Positions 31,401-42,559 of a stretch of 64,000 nt of DNA are shown piece after piece (position 1 is the first letter of the stretch; each line of letters opens with the position of its first letter). The DNA is from Amphiscolops sp. MND2022 (Eukaryota): contig OZ076413.1 in assembly GCA_964187785.1 (NCBI GenBank), positions 58,032,001-58,096,000 on the forward strand, read 5' to 3'. The position numbers and the translations under genes are program-made. Under the pieces are notes generated by a model that saw only the letters and a list, made by a program, of their open reading frames with translations, did no database searches and was not told the DNA's origin.

Positions 31401-34400
31401 GTGGACCATTGCCTTCGACTTCAGGACTCGTTTCGACGTGCTTCAAAGCTGTGATCCAAAGTGAGAGTGACTCCCAGTTGACCGATCAACTTCGGAGTTG
31501 GTACGAAATGGAATCCTTTGCAGCGAAGAAACAAGTCGACCCTCGCTCAGCCGCCGATGCTAGAGCGTCAAAACTTTTGCAAGACACGACATATCATGAC
31601 GGATGCCGATATCAAGTCGGTATGTTGTGGGCTGATGATGACAGTAGTCTTCCGAACAACTACTTCACAGCACTAGTGCAACTGAAATCCCTTGAACGCC
31701 GACTCGAACGTACTCCCGATCTGAGAGCAAGCTACGCTCAGACGATAAAAGACGACTTCGACAAGGGATACATCGTTAAGGTCGACAAGTCCGACTGTTT
31801 CAAAGTTGACAACCCTCGTGAGTGGTACCTACCGCACCACCCAGTGTTACACCCACACAAGCCTGGGAAAGTACGCCGTGTACTCAATGGCGCAGCCAAA
31901 TTCCACGGTGTTTCACTGAACAACGCTCTACTTACAGGTCCAGATTTGTTGCAAACATTGATTCACGTGCTAATGCGCTTCCGACAACATCCGTACGCTG
32001 TCTCCGCTGACATAGAAGGAATGTTTTTGCAAGTTGGCGTGATTCCTCAAGACCGACCGTCTCTTCGTTTTCTGTGGCGGGAGGACCCAGCAACAAACGT
32101 CGCTGTGTACCAGTACATACGCCACATTTTTGGTTCAAAGGATTCACCAACTTGTGCTAACTATGCGCTTCAACGAACTGCACGTGATAACCGCAAGAAG
32201 TTTCCAGAAGCCGCGAAAAGTGTCGAAAGCAATTTTTACATGGACGATTACCTTGAGTCGAGCGCAACCGTTGAAGAAGCAACCAAGAAAGCTCATGACC
32301 TTGTGAAAATGCTATCGAAAGGCGGCTTCACGTTAACCAAGTTTGTCAGTAACGTTCCCAACTTATCTAACCGCCTCGACCCGAAAATCGAAATTGGTAC
32401 CAAAACCGATGAGAAACTCTTGGCAGCCGAAGACGAAAACTCTCATGTCTTAGGCTTGAAATGGAACCACCGGTTCGACACACTAGTTGTCAGCCGCGGA
32501 ACCAGCCCCGACTTGAACCGACCTCTAACACAACGTGTTGTTTTGAGCCTTGTCTCGGCAGTCTACGACCCCATCGGACTTGTTGCGCCATACACTGTAA
32601 CAGCCCGACTCTTGTTAAAAGATATTTGGCGCCTGAGCGGGCAACAATGGGACGATAACCTGCCGGAAGACATTTGTAAGGAATTCCTCGGTTGGGCTGA
32701 AGAACTTCCCACCTTGAGTACAATAACAATCCCACGTTGTTACTTTCAAGGCAACATTGCAACGGCTGAGTTGCACATATTCGGTGACAGCTCTCAAAAT
32801 GCGTTCTCGGCAGTTGCCTACCTCCGTGCGAAGGTGCACAACAGCAAAGGTATGACAACCGAACTAGCCTTTGTATTCGGGAAAGCTCGCGTCGCCCCAA
32901 TGAAGGCACTCACGATACCTAAGTTGGAGCTTCAAGCAGCTCTTCTCGCCGCCCGATTGAAAGAGGAAGTTCAAAAAGCACTCACCCTAACTGTCGAGCG
33001 AACGTTAATGTGGACAGACAGCACTACTGTACTACAATGGCTCCACTCCATTGACAAACAACCAGTGTTCGTCGCCAATAGAGTTGCCGAGATACTTGAG
33101 CTGACGACAATCGACGAGTGGAACCACGTACCAACAGTCGACAACCCGGCCGACGCAGGCACCCGTGGCCTGTCAGCAAAAGCTCTTTTAGATAGCTCAT
33201 GGCTGAAAGGTCCTGCCTTCCTAAAGACTTCTGATTGGCCCTTCAAACCATCAGACGAAGTTATGAAGTCAAAATTGAAGAAACTCGACCTCGACAATGT
33301 ACTTACTGAACCCAATTACCAAGAAACGACAGCAAATACTACGAATGTAGTCTTCAATGCCCTAACTCTTGAGTGGCAAAAGTACAGCTCTTACGAGAAA
33401 CTTTTGCGCATTTTGGCTTACATTTTGCGTCTTTTGCCGAAATTCTCTGGTAACCGAACAGAAACTGGTTTCATAACGGATCCTGCCGAAGTCGAAGTTG
33501 CTGAGCAGAAACTTATCTACTTGGTACAATCCGAATCATTCCCTAACGAGAAGAAAGCATTGCTGAAATGTTTGCCGATTTGTAAACCGTCAGTGATAAA
33601 AGATTTTACTCCCTTCATCGGTCCAAGCGGTCTTATCCGCGCACAAGGTCGAACGAAACAACTCGAAGCTGCCAGTTTTGACATCAAACATCCCATCTTG
33701 CTTGACAGTCGCCACCCTGCAGTTCGATTATTCCTTGAGCACCTACACGAGAAACACTGCCATCAAGGTGTAGAGTACCTGAGAGCCTTGATACAGCAGA
33801 AGTATGCCATTGTCAAATTGAGAACTGCCCTGCGAACGATACAATCCAGATGCGTAACTTGTCGCAAACGCAAAGCGGAAACTTTGACACCGATGATGGC
33901 TGATTTGCCAAAAGAACGCCTTGCCTTTGCATCGCCACCATTCACGAACACTGGATTAGATTACTTTGGTCCCTTCTACGTTTCAGTTAAACGCTCCACA
34001 GAGAAGCGGTGGGGATTTCTCTTCACATGTTTGACTACCCGCGCTGTCCATTTTGAAGTTGTGCCGTCTATGGACACTAGTAGTTGCGTCATGGGAATTG
34101 AGAGATTTGTTTCCCGTCGGGGAAACCCTTCCGTTATCTGGTCGGACAACGGGACTAACTTTGTTGCGACTGAGAAAGAACTCCTTCAGAACGTTCTTAA
34201 CTGGAATCAGCAAACAATCACTGAGTCCATGGTCAAGAAAGGTATCAACTGGAAGTTCAATCCTCCTAGCGCCCCACACCATGGCGGTGTCTGGGAAAGG
34301 CTAGTGAGAAGTTTCAAACACACTTTCTATGCGATACTTGGCAACAGACGTTTGACAGACGAAATCTTAACAACTGTTTTCTGTCTCGTAGAGCAGAGCC

Positions 34401-34849
34401 TCAACGCTCGCCCGTTAGTTCCAGCAAGCGCAGATGCCACTGATATGGATGCTTTGACACCCAACCACTTCCTGCTTGGAACCGCTGGCTCATCTCTGCC
34501 GTCTCATTCTAAGTGTGATTTCGACCACCGCAAGCGATATGCACGCGCGCAAGCATACTCTGATGCCATCTGGACCAGGTGGCTAAAAGAGTACGTACCG
34601 ACTTTGAATCGCCGCGCGAAATGGTCCGCACAGTCTGACAAACAACTGAAGACCGGAGATCTCGTTTGGATCGTGGAAGCCACAAGTCCGAGAGGCTACT
34701 ACCCTCTCGCACGTATAGTCAAACTCCACTTTGGCAGCGATGCCGTCGCCCGCTCGGCTGAAGTTAGAACCACGTCTGGAAACCTTGTCCGTCCGGTCGT
34801 GAAACTAGCCCCAGTCCTTCCTTCCCCTTCTCCTACGAATGAATTGTAA
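28427..34849 (+). CDS. BEL/Pao gag-pol polyprotein (Gag, 3 zinc knuckles, PR, RT, RNase H, IN), 2140 aa
   Basis: Gag LPEWKLAQYNGDPLQW; CIAC..H...C, CFSC...H...C and C....C...HNTLLH; protease LCDSACS; RT YLPHH, DIEGMF and YMDD; RNase H HIFGDSS; integrase H..H/C..C, DYFGP, SDNGTNF and GGVWERLV; Pao-type C-terminus. Confidence 0.97.
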   Translation: MTDLQEKVQKLHDSRLKAQTELNSLQQKISDSITNADRRVKVERLVKEAEDAMTRAFSKNEQIFALASKTTNAEALKADLEQWLKEVTEQNDEILRKAREYIDACPAADEKSHSSVGTVNEKASKRSSISTKSKTSSQKQKELVLAMQRREELARQSENALRLAKQRHEFARKRLEEEQALQLEEMAEENRRKLAEARITELELTENLSEAPDEFHETLSRISKHSRQTASQRVSDWVNDVNSEPPQAVTTEANAEAESSNPPVASTTLITEVVQSSYPNQLAALASGLNTFPPEQQLNVAAVNFSMPVIPNSSPPSLAAVNHLPFRHVPSAAAPTTSTTVPLVSQTPNLPSQTQQPAIPITTQPLFTIPSSHAVPNLSAWTFPAGNSLPITQYTAPPPTGGQFTLSGSVAAPIVTTASSVPVVPVRSGGTTYYCNPQAVTVPTVTGPTIQPTSTLIPAPTFPNFQNPIVPPPTPTTVTVNDLAQLLSAAKKDHLPEWKLAQYNGDPLQWHEWIGQFRSAIDSAPLSNDVKLTYLKTLVTGKAKTAIAEFAYCGTMYQDALKTLERKFGQPQAVVSAHLDKLNNFPPLKMHNSDNVIAFSATISAMVGVFRSLKYEHDLSSAALLGQAVQKLPPNMKEAWSLHTVKKDWSRPTLLEFNDWLKDKAEAHERMKVSSAKPKADESAPTVTRTKTGAKVFAAASSSAPSTGTSSKTNRVQLACIACKENHPLWRCRVFLSKTPTERAKVVAENKLCFSCFKGNHSFRQCPQPRKCNKDNCSSSHNTLLHGAERVFQPRTTPKTSRNHVTSSCSSTTPNSQTGESSGVCSVTDMKGLLQITEVEVHTGTNSAKVLALCDSACSHSWISEKLATKLNLKGVPTKLTVHGINSQQVVDTEIVELKLTPVHSGGSCSAFNVKPYVRKTLHVGNDVIDVDSLKTIYPHLEPIALKTYSYADVEMILGQDVFHSIRPLEYFESDRKNSPIAVRIPLGWVLSGPLPSTSGLVSTCFKAVIQSESDSQLTDQLRSWYEMESFAAKKQVDPRSAADARASKLLQDTTYHDGCRYQVGMLWADDDSSLPNNYFTALVQLKSLERRLERTPDLRASYAQTIKDDFDKGYIVKVDKSDCFKVDNPREWYLPHHPVLHPHKPGKVRRVLNGAAKFHGVSLNNALLTGPDLLQTLIHVLMRFRQHPYAVSADIEGMFLQVGVIPQDRPSLRFLWREDPATNVAVYQYIRHIFGSKDSPTCANYALQRTARDNRKKFPEAAKSVESNFYMDDYLESSATVEEATKKAHDLVKMLSKGGFTLTKFVSNVPNLSNRLDPKIEIGTKTDEKLLAAEDENSHVLGLKWNHRFDTLVVSRGTSPDLNRPLTQRVVLSLVSAVYDPIGLVAPYTVTARLLLKDIWRLSGQQWDDNLPEDICKEFLGWAEELPTLSTITIPRCYFQGNIATAELHIFGDSSQNAFSAVAYLRAKVHNSKGMTTELAFVFGKARVAPMKALTIPKLELQAALLAARLKEEVQKALTLTVERTLMWTDSTTVLQWLHSIDKQPVFVANRVAEILELTTIDEWNHVPTVDNPADAGTRGLSAKALLDSSWLKGPAFLKTSDWPFKPSDEVMKSKLKKLDLDNVLTEPNYQETTANTTNVVFNALTLEWQKYSSYEKLLRILAYILRLLPKFSGNRTETGFITDPAEVEVAEQKLIYLVQSESFPNEKKALLKCLPICKPSVIKDFTPFIGPSGLIRAQGRTKQLEAASFDIKHPILLDSRHPAVRLFLEHLHEKHCHQGVEYLRALIQQKYAIVKLRTALRTIQSRCVTCRKRKAETLTPMMADLPKERLAFASPPFTNTGLDYFGPFYVSVKRSTEKRWGFLFTCLTTRAVHFEVVPSMDTSSCVMGIERFVSRRGNPSVIWSDNGTNFVATEKELLQNVLNWNQQTITESMVKKGINWKFNPPSAPHHGGVWERLVRSFKHTFYAILGNRRLTDEILTTVFCLVEQSLNARPLVPASADATDMDALTPNHFLLGTAGSSLPSHSKCDFDHRKRYARAQAYSDAIWTRWLKEYVPTLNRRAKWSAQSDKQLKTGDLVWIVEATSPRGYYPLARIVKLHFGSDAVARSAEVRTTSGNLVRPVVKLAPVLPSPSPTNEL

Positions 34850-35026
34850 CTCGTAACATTTGTACTTTTTCTGTTTAACCACATGTATCTCTATGACTCA
34901 TGTAGCTTGTATTTGTGTAATGAACCGATCACGAAAAAACATGAAAAAAAAAGTTGAGAAAAAAAAGGAGTTCTTTTTTTGTTTTTTTTTTGTTTTTTTT
35001 TGTTTGTTCCGACAGATCATCTTCTT

Positions 35027-35038
35027 GGGCCCGGAGGA
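35027..35038 (+). promoter_or_regulatory. Polypurine-tract-like site of the BEL element
   Basis: GGGCCCGGAGGA immediately before the TG of the 3' LTR. Confidence 0.75.
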
Positions 35039-35449
35039 TGTTGCGGTAGCAATATCGCTAATTTAAAACAAACAAATAATAAGACGGTTTAGTGTAGAGG
35101 TAGTAATACTAGCTCTCCAATCGAAAGGTCTACGGTTCGAATCCCGGACGGGTCCGTAAATGTTTCGGTTAAAACTTGTATTTTTACCATAAAATATATT
35201 CAAATAACCTTGAAAAATGCTCCTGAAAAGGCCTTGCTATTCAGTTCAAAAAGCGTTGTTTACTAATATTTGTTAATATTGTTTCGTTTATGTTCTTTTG
35301 CCGTTTGTTATTTGATTAAAACATTTATTCCTAAAGCATTGATACCTCGATTTATAGCCGATATCAGCATCAACCAAAAAATACATTGTTTGGATCTTTT
35401 CGTTTCTTCAAAACGAACTTTAGAGAAGCTCGATCACTAAAGTTTTACA
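35039..35449 (+). repeat. BEL 3' LTR
   Basis: TGTTGCGG...AGTTTTACA followed by the TSD ACTTT. Confidence 0.96.
35083..35155 (+). ncRNA. tRNA-derived module in the 3' LTR
   Basis: Copy of 26288-26360 with no difference found. Confidence 0.7.
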
Positions 35450-35574
35450 ACTTTTTAATAGGGCGTAATGAATGTGAAGAGGTTGGGTGGTTGTTTAGAA
35501 CCGACGATGAGGACTTTTTAATAGGGCTGAATGAATGTGAAGAGGTTGGGTGGTTGTTTAGAACCGACGATGAG
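35450..35574 (+). repeat. 63-bp tandem duplication spanning the oxidase start codon
   Basis: ACTTTTTAATAGGGC...GAACCGACGATGAG occurs at 35450 and 35513. Confidence 0.92.
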
Positions 35575-38500
35575 CAAAAGTTCGAATAAACTTCGAGTAG
35601 CAGTGGTAGGCGGTGGCATTTCTGCTCTCTCCGCGGCCTATCGACTTCTGGATGCCCACTCGGATTGCTTGGATCTCCAAGTGCTATCTAGAGAAAAGTA
35701 CGAGAAAACTTGTACCTACTCAGCTGGCGGCATTTGGTTCCCCCTTGGCAACTTTGGAGCAGAAGCCGAGAAAAACTTTTCACGAATTAGAGGATGGTTC
35801 ACTGATACTGCAGGCTATTACGAGAAGCTCATTGGTATGTTTGAATCTAGGAAAACTAGTCAAAAACAACTGGTGGAAAATTTTCCGGCGGAAAACTCGT
35901 CGCAGAAAATCATCTCAGCCAAATATAGTTCTAATTTTGTGATCGTACTGTGTTATGATACTCTAAATTAATACGAAGTATTACACTGTTAACTATAAAA
36001 AAGATACATTTCAAGCAATTATATAACTAAAATGGCTATATTATGTGACAAATTCACGCATCAATAAAAATTGATCATTAGCACTGTGTAGTCCGACGAG
36101 TTTGTAGTCAATTATTATTCGACGAGTTTATTTTCGACGAGTTTTGCGCATACCGGTATGTTTATCAACACTTCATCAAACATGAAACGCTTTTCTTAGT
36201 TTAAAGAATGTTTAAAAATAAATATCAATTTTCAAAGCTTTTTGAAACACTAATGTCTATTATTAATTTCCTCAGGCACGTTTGATAAAGACACCCATAA
36301 AATCAATACGATAGACGCAACTTTTTCATTCAAGTGAGGAAAAATTGTTGGAAAAAGCCCGTACGTGCTCAAATTTAAGCAACTTCTGTCAGTATTAATT
36401 GTTGTAAAAACAAATTTCTATTCTTTAGCATTTAAAATAAATGAAATAAATGCTTTTTGAATTTCAGCCAGTGGACAAAACAGTGAACGAGGAGTGAGAC
36501 AACTGTTTGCCGTTCAAATTGTTGAAAAGGATCAGGAAATTTTGGGTATTCGCAGCGTCTACGATGGGGTTAGATCAAATTAATTGTAGCCGGCCGGTTT
36601 TTAAGATATCAGCATTCTCTAATAACACTCACCTAAACTTTGATTCCTTTTACCAGGTATTACTGTCGTAATGTTGTCTTTTACCAAGCGTAAAGTTTTT
36701 TGAAAAACCGAATTTTCAAATCAAACTTTTATACTTTTCTGTTGGTTCCCAGAACGAGTACACATCTGGAGTTGACTGCTGGCTTTTTGCCATTGCTCGT
36801 TTTCAATATTTTGGTAAAGCATTGTTTCAATCAAATCAATTTAACGTATTTTAAGTTACAATTTATGTCTATATGGGAGTTTCAGTGGGCGTTGTTGAAT
36901 CTCTTAAACTAAGATGTTAGTTGGAAATTATTACATGACGTTTTTCAAGAACATGAGTAAGATTATCCTTTCGTGCGAAAACTGTAATAGACTGATGAGA
37001 TAAGTAAGAAGTTGAATTAAAACTGAGATATCACATAGCAAATGTGCGTAGCAAGTCTAGTATACAAGACTAGAAGATTAACTGAAACGTATCTAACACC
37101 AACACTAAATGTTCATGTGGTAAAAGTGTTTCTGTAGGCAGGTACTGTGAACTTAATAGCCATGTGAATGGCATCTTCTTCTCGAAAACCTAGATCGTCA
37201 ATAATCTGTTCGTCATCGTGTTATGACGTAAAAGCTGGCATCAGTGCGAGAGGAGTCGTGATATAAGTCAATTAAACTATTCGGGAACGGCCCAAGTTCA
37301 AATTAGTAAAGTTTTTCAAACATGCAAAAGGACAGTATTGTTAAATTTTAATTATTTCACAGTGCCGAAAAATACCCGAAAGGATACGCATAAGACTCAA
37401 AAACCACTTTTTCCTCAACTGGAAACTTGCTTTCAAAACTTTTCATCAGAAAAAGTCCCATAGTGCCGAAAAAATAAAAAGGAGATCCATTAAACTTGCA
37501 AAACGCTTTTTTCAAGCCAAAAACATTCTCAAAAGTGGAGGGGTACCATTTTACCGAAAGAGAAATGTTTCGGAAAAAAAGGTCCGACTGTATAGAAAGT
37601 CTATTGAAAAGAATTGGCCACTTTTCGTATGTGTATTCTTGAGGACAGAAAAACGAGAGGAAACGAGCGTGGATACAACTGCAGCTATTTTCTAACAATT
37701 TAAGTTCCTCTTCAGCTCATTGCATCATGTTTCAGATTTACCCACTGCATAAGAAGCTGACCACAGAAGAACTGGCAAAGATGTACCCCCATGTCAACAT
37801 GTCTAATGTGAGTTACGGCAATTTGGTCCGGCTATTTGGCAGCAACCCCGACCAGTATCTCACCTGGTTGGAGAAGAGCATCGAGCAACTAGGGGGCACT
37901 ATTCGTTATGGTGTCAACGTAGAAAGTCTTAGCAGGTACTTGTGCAAAGGTACCTATGTGCAGTGAACTTTTATCTATTTCATGCAATTTATGACAGGAC
38001 ATGTATGCATTTGCATGTTTCACTTAAAGAGCACGTATGCATTTACATTTTTCACTAGAACAGCATCAATCTCAGAGTTCGGGGAAAAGTGCATAAAAGT
38101 AGGCTATATTGGGAAACTTTTCCTCGAATTATCTGACAGCAGTTCCGGGAGTCAAAGTTGTAGAAACAACATAGTTTGAGAGTGAATCTCGTTACCTCGT
38201 CAAAGTCTTTCAATGTCCCAAAAAGGCTTCTTCTCAAAGAAGCTACCCTACTAAAATCTAAGAATTGAATCAATTTCCGGGCAAAAACCATTTGTTGTTT
38301 AGAAAACTTTCTGAAAAGGAAAGCTTTCTAGTTATTTTAGGTTGAAATTCGCTGTCTCTGAATCCGTTCAGCAATGCTAAAGTTCGTGTCCGTTCAAGTT
38401 CGCCACTTCAGCTTGCAAATTTCCATTGGTTGAAATGTGGAGAAAATAAACGTAGCGAACTTATAGGGTGGCTAACTTGAACGTGGCTAAGTTTCACGGG

Positions 38501-40207
38501 CTAACTTATTTGTGGCGAACTTACAAGGGCACCCTAAAGTTTCTTCTGTATTCTGTGTCATTCGGGAATGCCAGCAAGTTTCAGTGAGCAAAACTCTTAC
38601 TAATAATTGACTTCTGTCTACGGTACAAACTACTAGGTGTACAAACTGAATCTGAATCAAGTACCTGCTAACAGTTTGAAGAAAGACTATGACGTCATCA
38701 TTAACGCAACTGGAATTGATGCTACCGAGCTTGCTGGAGATGACAAGATGGTGTCAATCAAGGGCCAGGTTAAGACTTTTTTCAAACTTCAGTGTCGCAT
38801 AGAACTGGAATTTATAAATTAGCTACAGTGTATAGCTATAAACAAGGCTATAGCTTTAAAAAAACACCTGGAAATTTCTACATGGAGTTTTTTAAAAATA
38901 TAATTTTTAAACATTGCAAAAAACATTATTTATATAAACATTTATATAAAACATTATTTTGTACACAGAGGAATCCGGTAGACATCTTTCAGCTTTGCAT
39001 TATATTTTCGAACTTTCTGAGAACTTACAATTCAAACAAGACGCTCCCAACCCACCATTGTACCACGAACCTTATCCATCACTTCGTTTTTCTTCCCTGA
39101 AATCAGCCAGTTTTCCTGCCCCAGCCATGGATCCCAATTTTTAATGTGTTCTTCCTATTTTATCTGAGATAATTGCATCGTATACAAAACCCACCTGTTG
39201 ACATACAAACCATAACTCACAAAGAGCTGTGACTTCTGGTGTGAATCAGAAAATATCGCAGTGCCACTGTACTTATTTTTTTCACAAAGTGAAATTGTTT
39301 TCAGTGCATGTTTGTGAAGGCCCCATGGATCACCTCAGCTTTGTATATGAGTCATGCGATCATCATTCCCACGGGAGATGGAACCGTGTTGTTGGGGTGT
39401 ACTTACGACAGGAACAACCGGGATCCACATCTGGAGCAACCCGTGAAAAAGAGCATTATGGAAACGTGCCAGACTTTAGTCCCATCTCTGAAGGTATCTC
39501 GAAATCGGACCGACTCCGCAAAACTTGAAAACTTGACTTACCGTTGAAATCACTTTCTGTGATCACTGTTGAAACCACCGTTTGAAACCACCGTTAAAAT
39601 TACCCGTTTTTGGAAAAATTACCTGGAAGTCTGAAAAATGCCAAAGTAAAAAAAGGAGAGTATATCAAGCCGGCATGGGCATTAGTCGGTTGCCCGCTTA
39701 ACCATGCGCAGGTTTTTACTGAGATTCTGGAAATCTAACGGTGTGAAATAAATACAAAAGAGCTCTCTTCGGACGTGGACTTACTTTTCAATATTTTCAA
39801 TGTTTTCACGCGTGTGAGGGTATAAGGAAAAAGTTCGCCGAAGGGGATCCAAAATTTCATCTCAAGCCGACCAAAAACCTATTTTTTTTAAAAAAAATGA
39901 ACTTTTCCCACAAATTTCGAACAACTTTGGGAGAGAGGAGAATACAGTGAAGAAAATACTTGTGTCGTCTTATTCTTCAGCTTGAAGCGTTTTTTTTTCA
40001 TTTCAGAATGCTCCTTTCATACGTGACGCAATCGGCCTGCGGCCCTTCAGAATAGGGGGACCCAGAGTAGAGTTGGAGCACTTGTCTGATGACGTCATAG
40101 TTATCCACAACTACGGCCATGGACCAGAGGGATACGGATTGCACTGGGGAACAAGTGGGGAAGTTCTCAGACTGTTTACCGAATGGAAGAAGAATGCCGG
40201 ACATTAA
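35570..40207 (+). CDS. D-amino-acid oxidase/D-aspartate oxidase family flavoprotein; exons 35570-35834, 36468-36568, 37736-37935, 38675-38768, 39305-39493 and 40007-40207
   Basis: Rossmann VAVVGGGISAL, T..AGG.W, INATG, KGQ, APW, GLRP.R and HNYGHG..G...HWG. All five introns are GT-AG and in phase. DAO versus DDO cannot be resolved. Confidence 0.92.
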
Positions 40208-40737
40208 TAGAAAACTTTTTCACCCCTCAAACTTTCACAATTGATCCTTATATTTATTCAACTGAAAAAGCACAACTGAATTCTCGTTTTGTTCATTTTA
40301 CAATGTTCAAATAAAAAACTTACTGTATTGAACTAATCGTTTTTGAACAAACGACGCAGTTTGCTTCCAGGATTTGGCCGAGCATGCAATGCAAAAACTG
40401 CTGGAGCAAAATTGCCTGAAACCGAATGCAATTTCACATGAAAAACTCAGATGACAACGGTTACCATGAGAAATACTTGAAGTATCTGAGAAATACCTCA
40501 AAAATGGAGCAAATTTGTCTAGGAAAAGCAGAAAAGACAGCATGAGAAATACTTGCTTCGGGCAAAAATATACATACTTTTACTTTTATATTTGAGGTAA
40601 GTTTTCACAATACCTGTAACGCAGGAGCAACTTTGCTCTCAAAAACGGAATCTCTGTACTCTACAGACAGTAATATTTTTTTCGGAAAAATTAAAACAAA
40701 TAATACTAACTTTTATGTTCACACAGAATCCAATTTT

Positions 40738-41210
40738 TAGTCGGCGCAGTTCTTGAGAAAAGAGTCGACTATAGTCATGGCTTTTCGTCTGTGTTTTTTC
40801 GATACACCTGAAGTGACCAAAAATATTTCTACCAAAAGTTCTACAAAATTTTCAGGAGTCGCTAATACGTACCTGTTGGCCCAGGAAACTGAACCAAAAA
40901 AGTTTTCCCTTTTTTACCGCGTAACATACAATACCGGGCGAGACTAAGGTCTCCTACCTTTGAGTTTTTCCGGCATTGTGGGGCATTTTCCTTGAAAAAA
41001 AATATCCTCAAAGGGTCTCCCTTCAACTTTTTCGGAGATTTGCGACAGAAAGGGTGTTGAAAAATCTCAAAGGGTCCTCCTTTCAGTTTTTCGGCATTGT
41101 GAAACTTTTTTCCCAAAAAAAAATCATCAAAGGGTCCCCAATTCACCAATACTTTGGCACTTTGAAGTCCTTTTGCTGTTTTTGAGCCTTTGATATGGCA
41201 CCGACTTGGG
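40738..41210 (+). mobile_element. HINE-like non-autonomous repeat copy
   Basis: TTTTTAGTCGGCGC..GTCGACTATAGTCATGGCTTTTCGTC start and GGCACCGACTTGGG end, collinear with 22768-23245. Confidence 0.7.
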
Positions 41211-42199
41211 AGATTCATTATAAAACAATTCTGGAAACCTTTGGATAACATCAGGAGAAAATGATTGCTATAAGATTGCTCGTTTTGTGGTGAAAATGAC
41301 AATTAGCCTCAAAAAACACTGTATGTTCATTTAGAGTTCGACTACATTATAGTAATTCTCAGCCTGTATTCGACTTACTTGCTACTCGATGAAACGAAAA
41401 TTGAGACTGTTTTACCGGAAGTAAACACGAGGACATTTTGTACCCCTGATTTCTCAGTTATTTTTACATGAGTTGGGGCTACTCAAAGCTAATTCCGGCG
41501 TTTTTACTACCGCTGTTTTCACTATTTTTTTCCTTCTTTCCCATCATTTCCTGCCAGAGAAGATGGGAAAGTACTTGACACTTGGTGCGGTGTTTACCCC
41601 AGGAGCCGGATCCAGCTAAACCTGGGAATCCCGCGGATGACAAATAATTTTTCTCCTTGGATTGCAAATGTAGAGGGAAGACCAAAGGGTCCCCCACCTA
41701 TCAGTCTTTTTTTGCAGTGGGACTTTTTACGAGATCTTTTTTTAGAATATTCATATTTCTGAGTTAGAGCCAGATAGACATTGCATCTAGGAGTGCCACA
41801 GAGCCGTTTGATTTTATCAAGTTTTGAACCATTATAAAGGTTAAATGATACCAAGAGCTAATTCCTTTTGATGCATATTACTATCCAGATTGTTATTAAA
41901 TTCATATCAAATTCACAGAGAAGCCCTTTTTCAATTTCCTAATTGAAAAACTATATCAAATTTCCAAATGTAGTATAGATTAATGTTGGGTCATATATTA
42001 TGGAGGATATATTATATCAAATTCGGAGGCTGTATCATTTTGAAAATCAAATCGTCCACTAACAGTCCTCTTAAGGTAACCTGAAATAAAATCACGGTTT
42101 ATATAGCTATGAAAAGATATCAATTCTTTTCAATATGTATTCGCCTCAATTTGCAATGAGCAAAGTTACACTGGAGTATTTGAACAGTCTGGCGAGAGC

Positions 42200-42420
42200 C
42201 ATCTAGAATCTTTCAAATTTAGCAAAGAAGAAGTGTTTTTTGCTTTCCCTAGGAAGCTGGAAGTGATCCCGACAAGATAATCCGGAAACAACCCAGAGCT
42301 TAACAGATGCGCACTCGCCCCATTTACCGTTTTATGTAACTACGTTTTGGAAAGAGGTGTATTCCCCAATCAATGGAAAGAATCTAACGGAACCCACTCT
42401 ACAAACAAACCGTCGCAGCT
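42200..42420 (+). pseudogene. Non-LTR RT N-terminal fragment
   Basis: Relic reading LCNYVLERGVFPNQWKESN, which matches the FP..WK...V motif of LINE RTs. Confidence 0.5.
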
Positions 42421-42559
42421 GTGTTTTTCCTTATGAACCCTTTAGAAACTTCAGCAAGCGTTCGTTGGTTTTGGAGCTCTTGGGTTTTGACGAACTATGT
42501 TTGTTTATTTTGACCTAAATATCAGAATGTCAGTATGGCTTAGAAAAACCAAATGCAGC

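Larger units (their letters stand above)
26244..35449 (+). mobile_element. Full-length BEL/Pao LTR retrotransposon, recent insertion
   Basis: Two 411-bp LTRs, 5-bp TSD ACTTT (26239-26243 and 35450-35454), PBS, PPT and an intact polyprotein. Confidence 0.97.

Noticed and set aside
28782-34884. Numerous short antisense or alternate-frame ORFs inside the BEL polyprotein and the Polinton genes
   Set aside because: They are shadow ORFs of long coding regions with no independent motifs.
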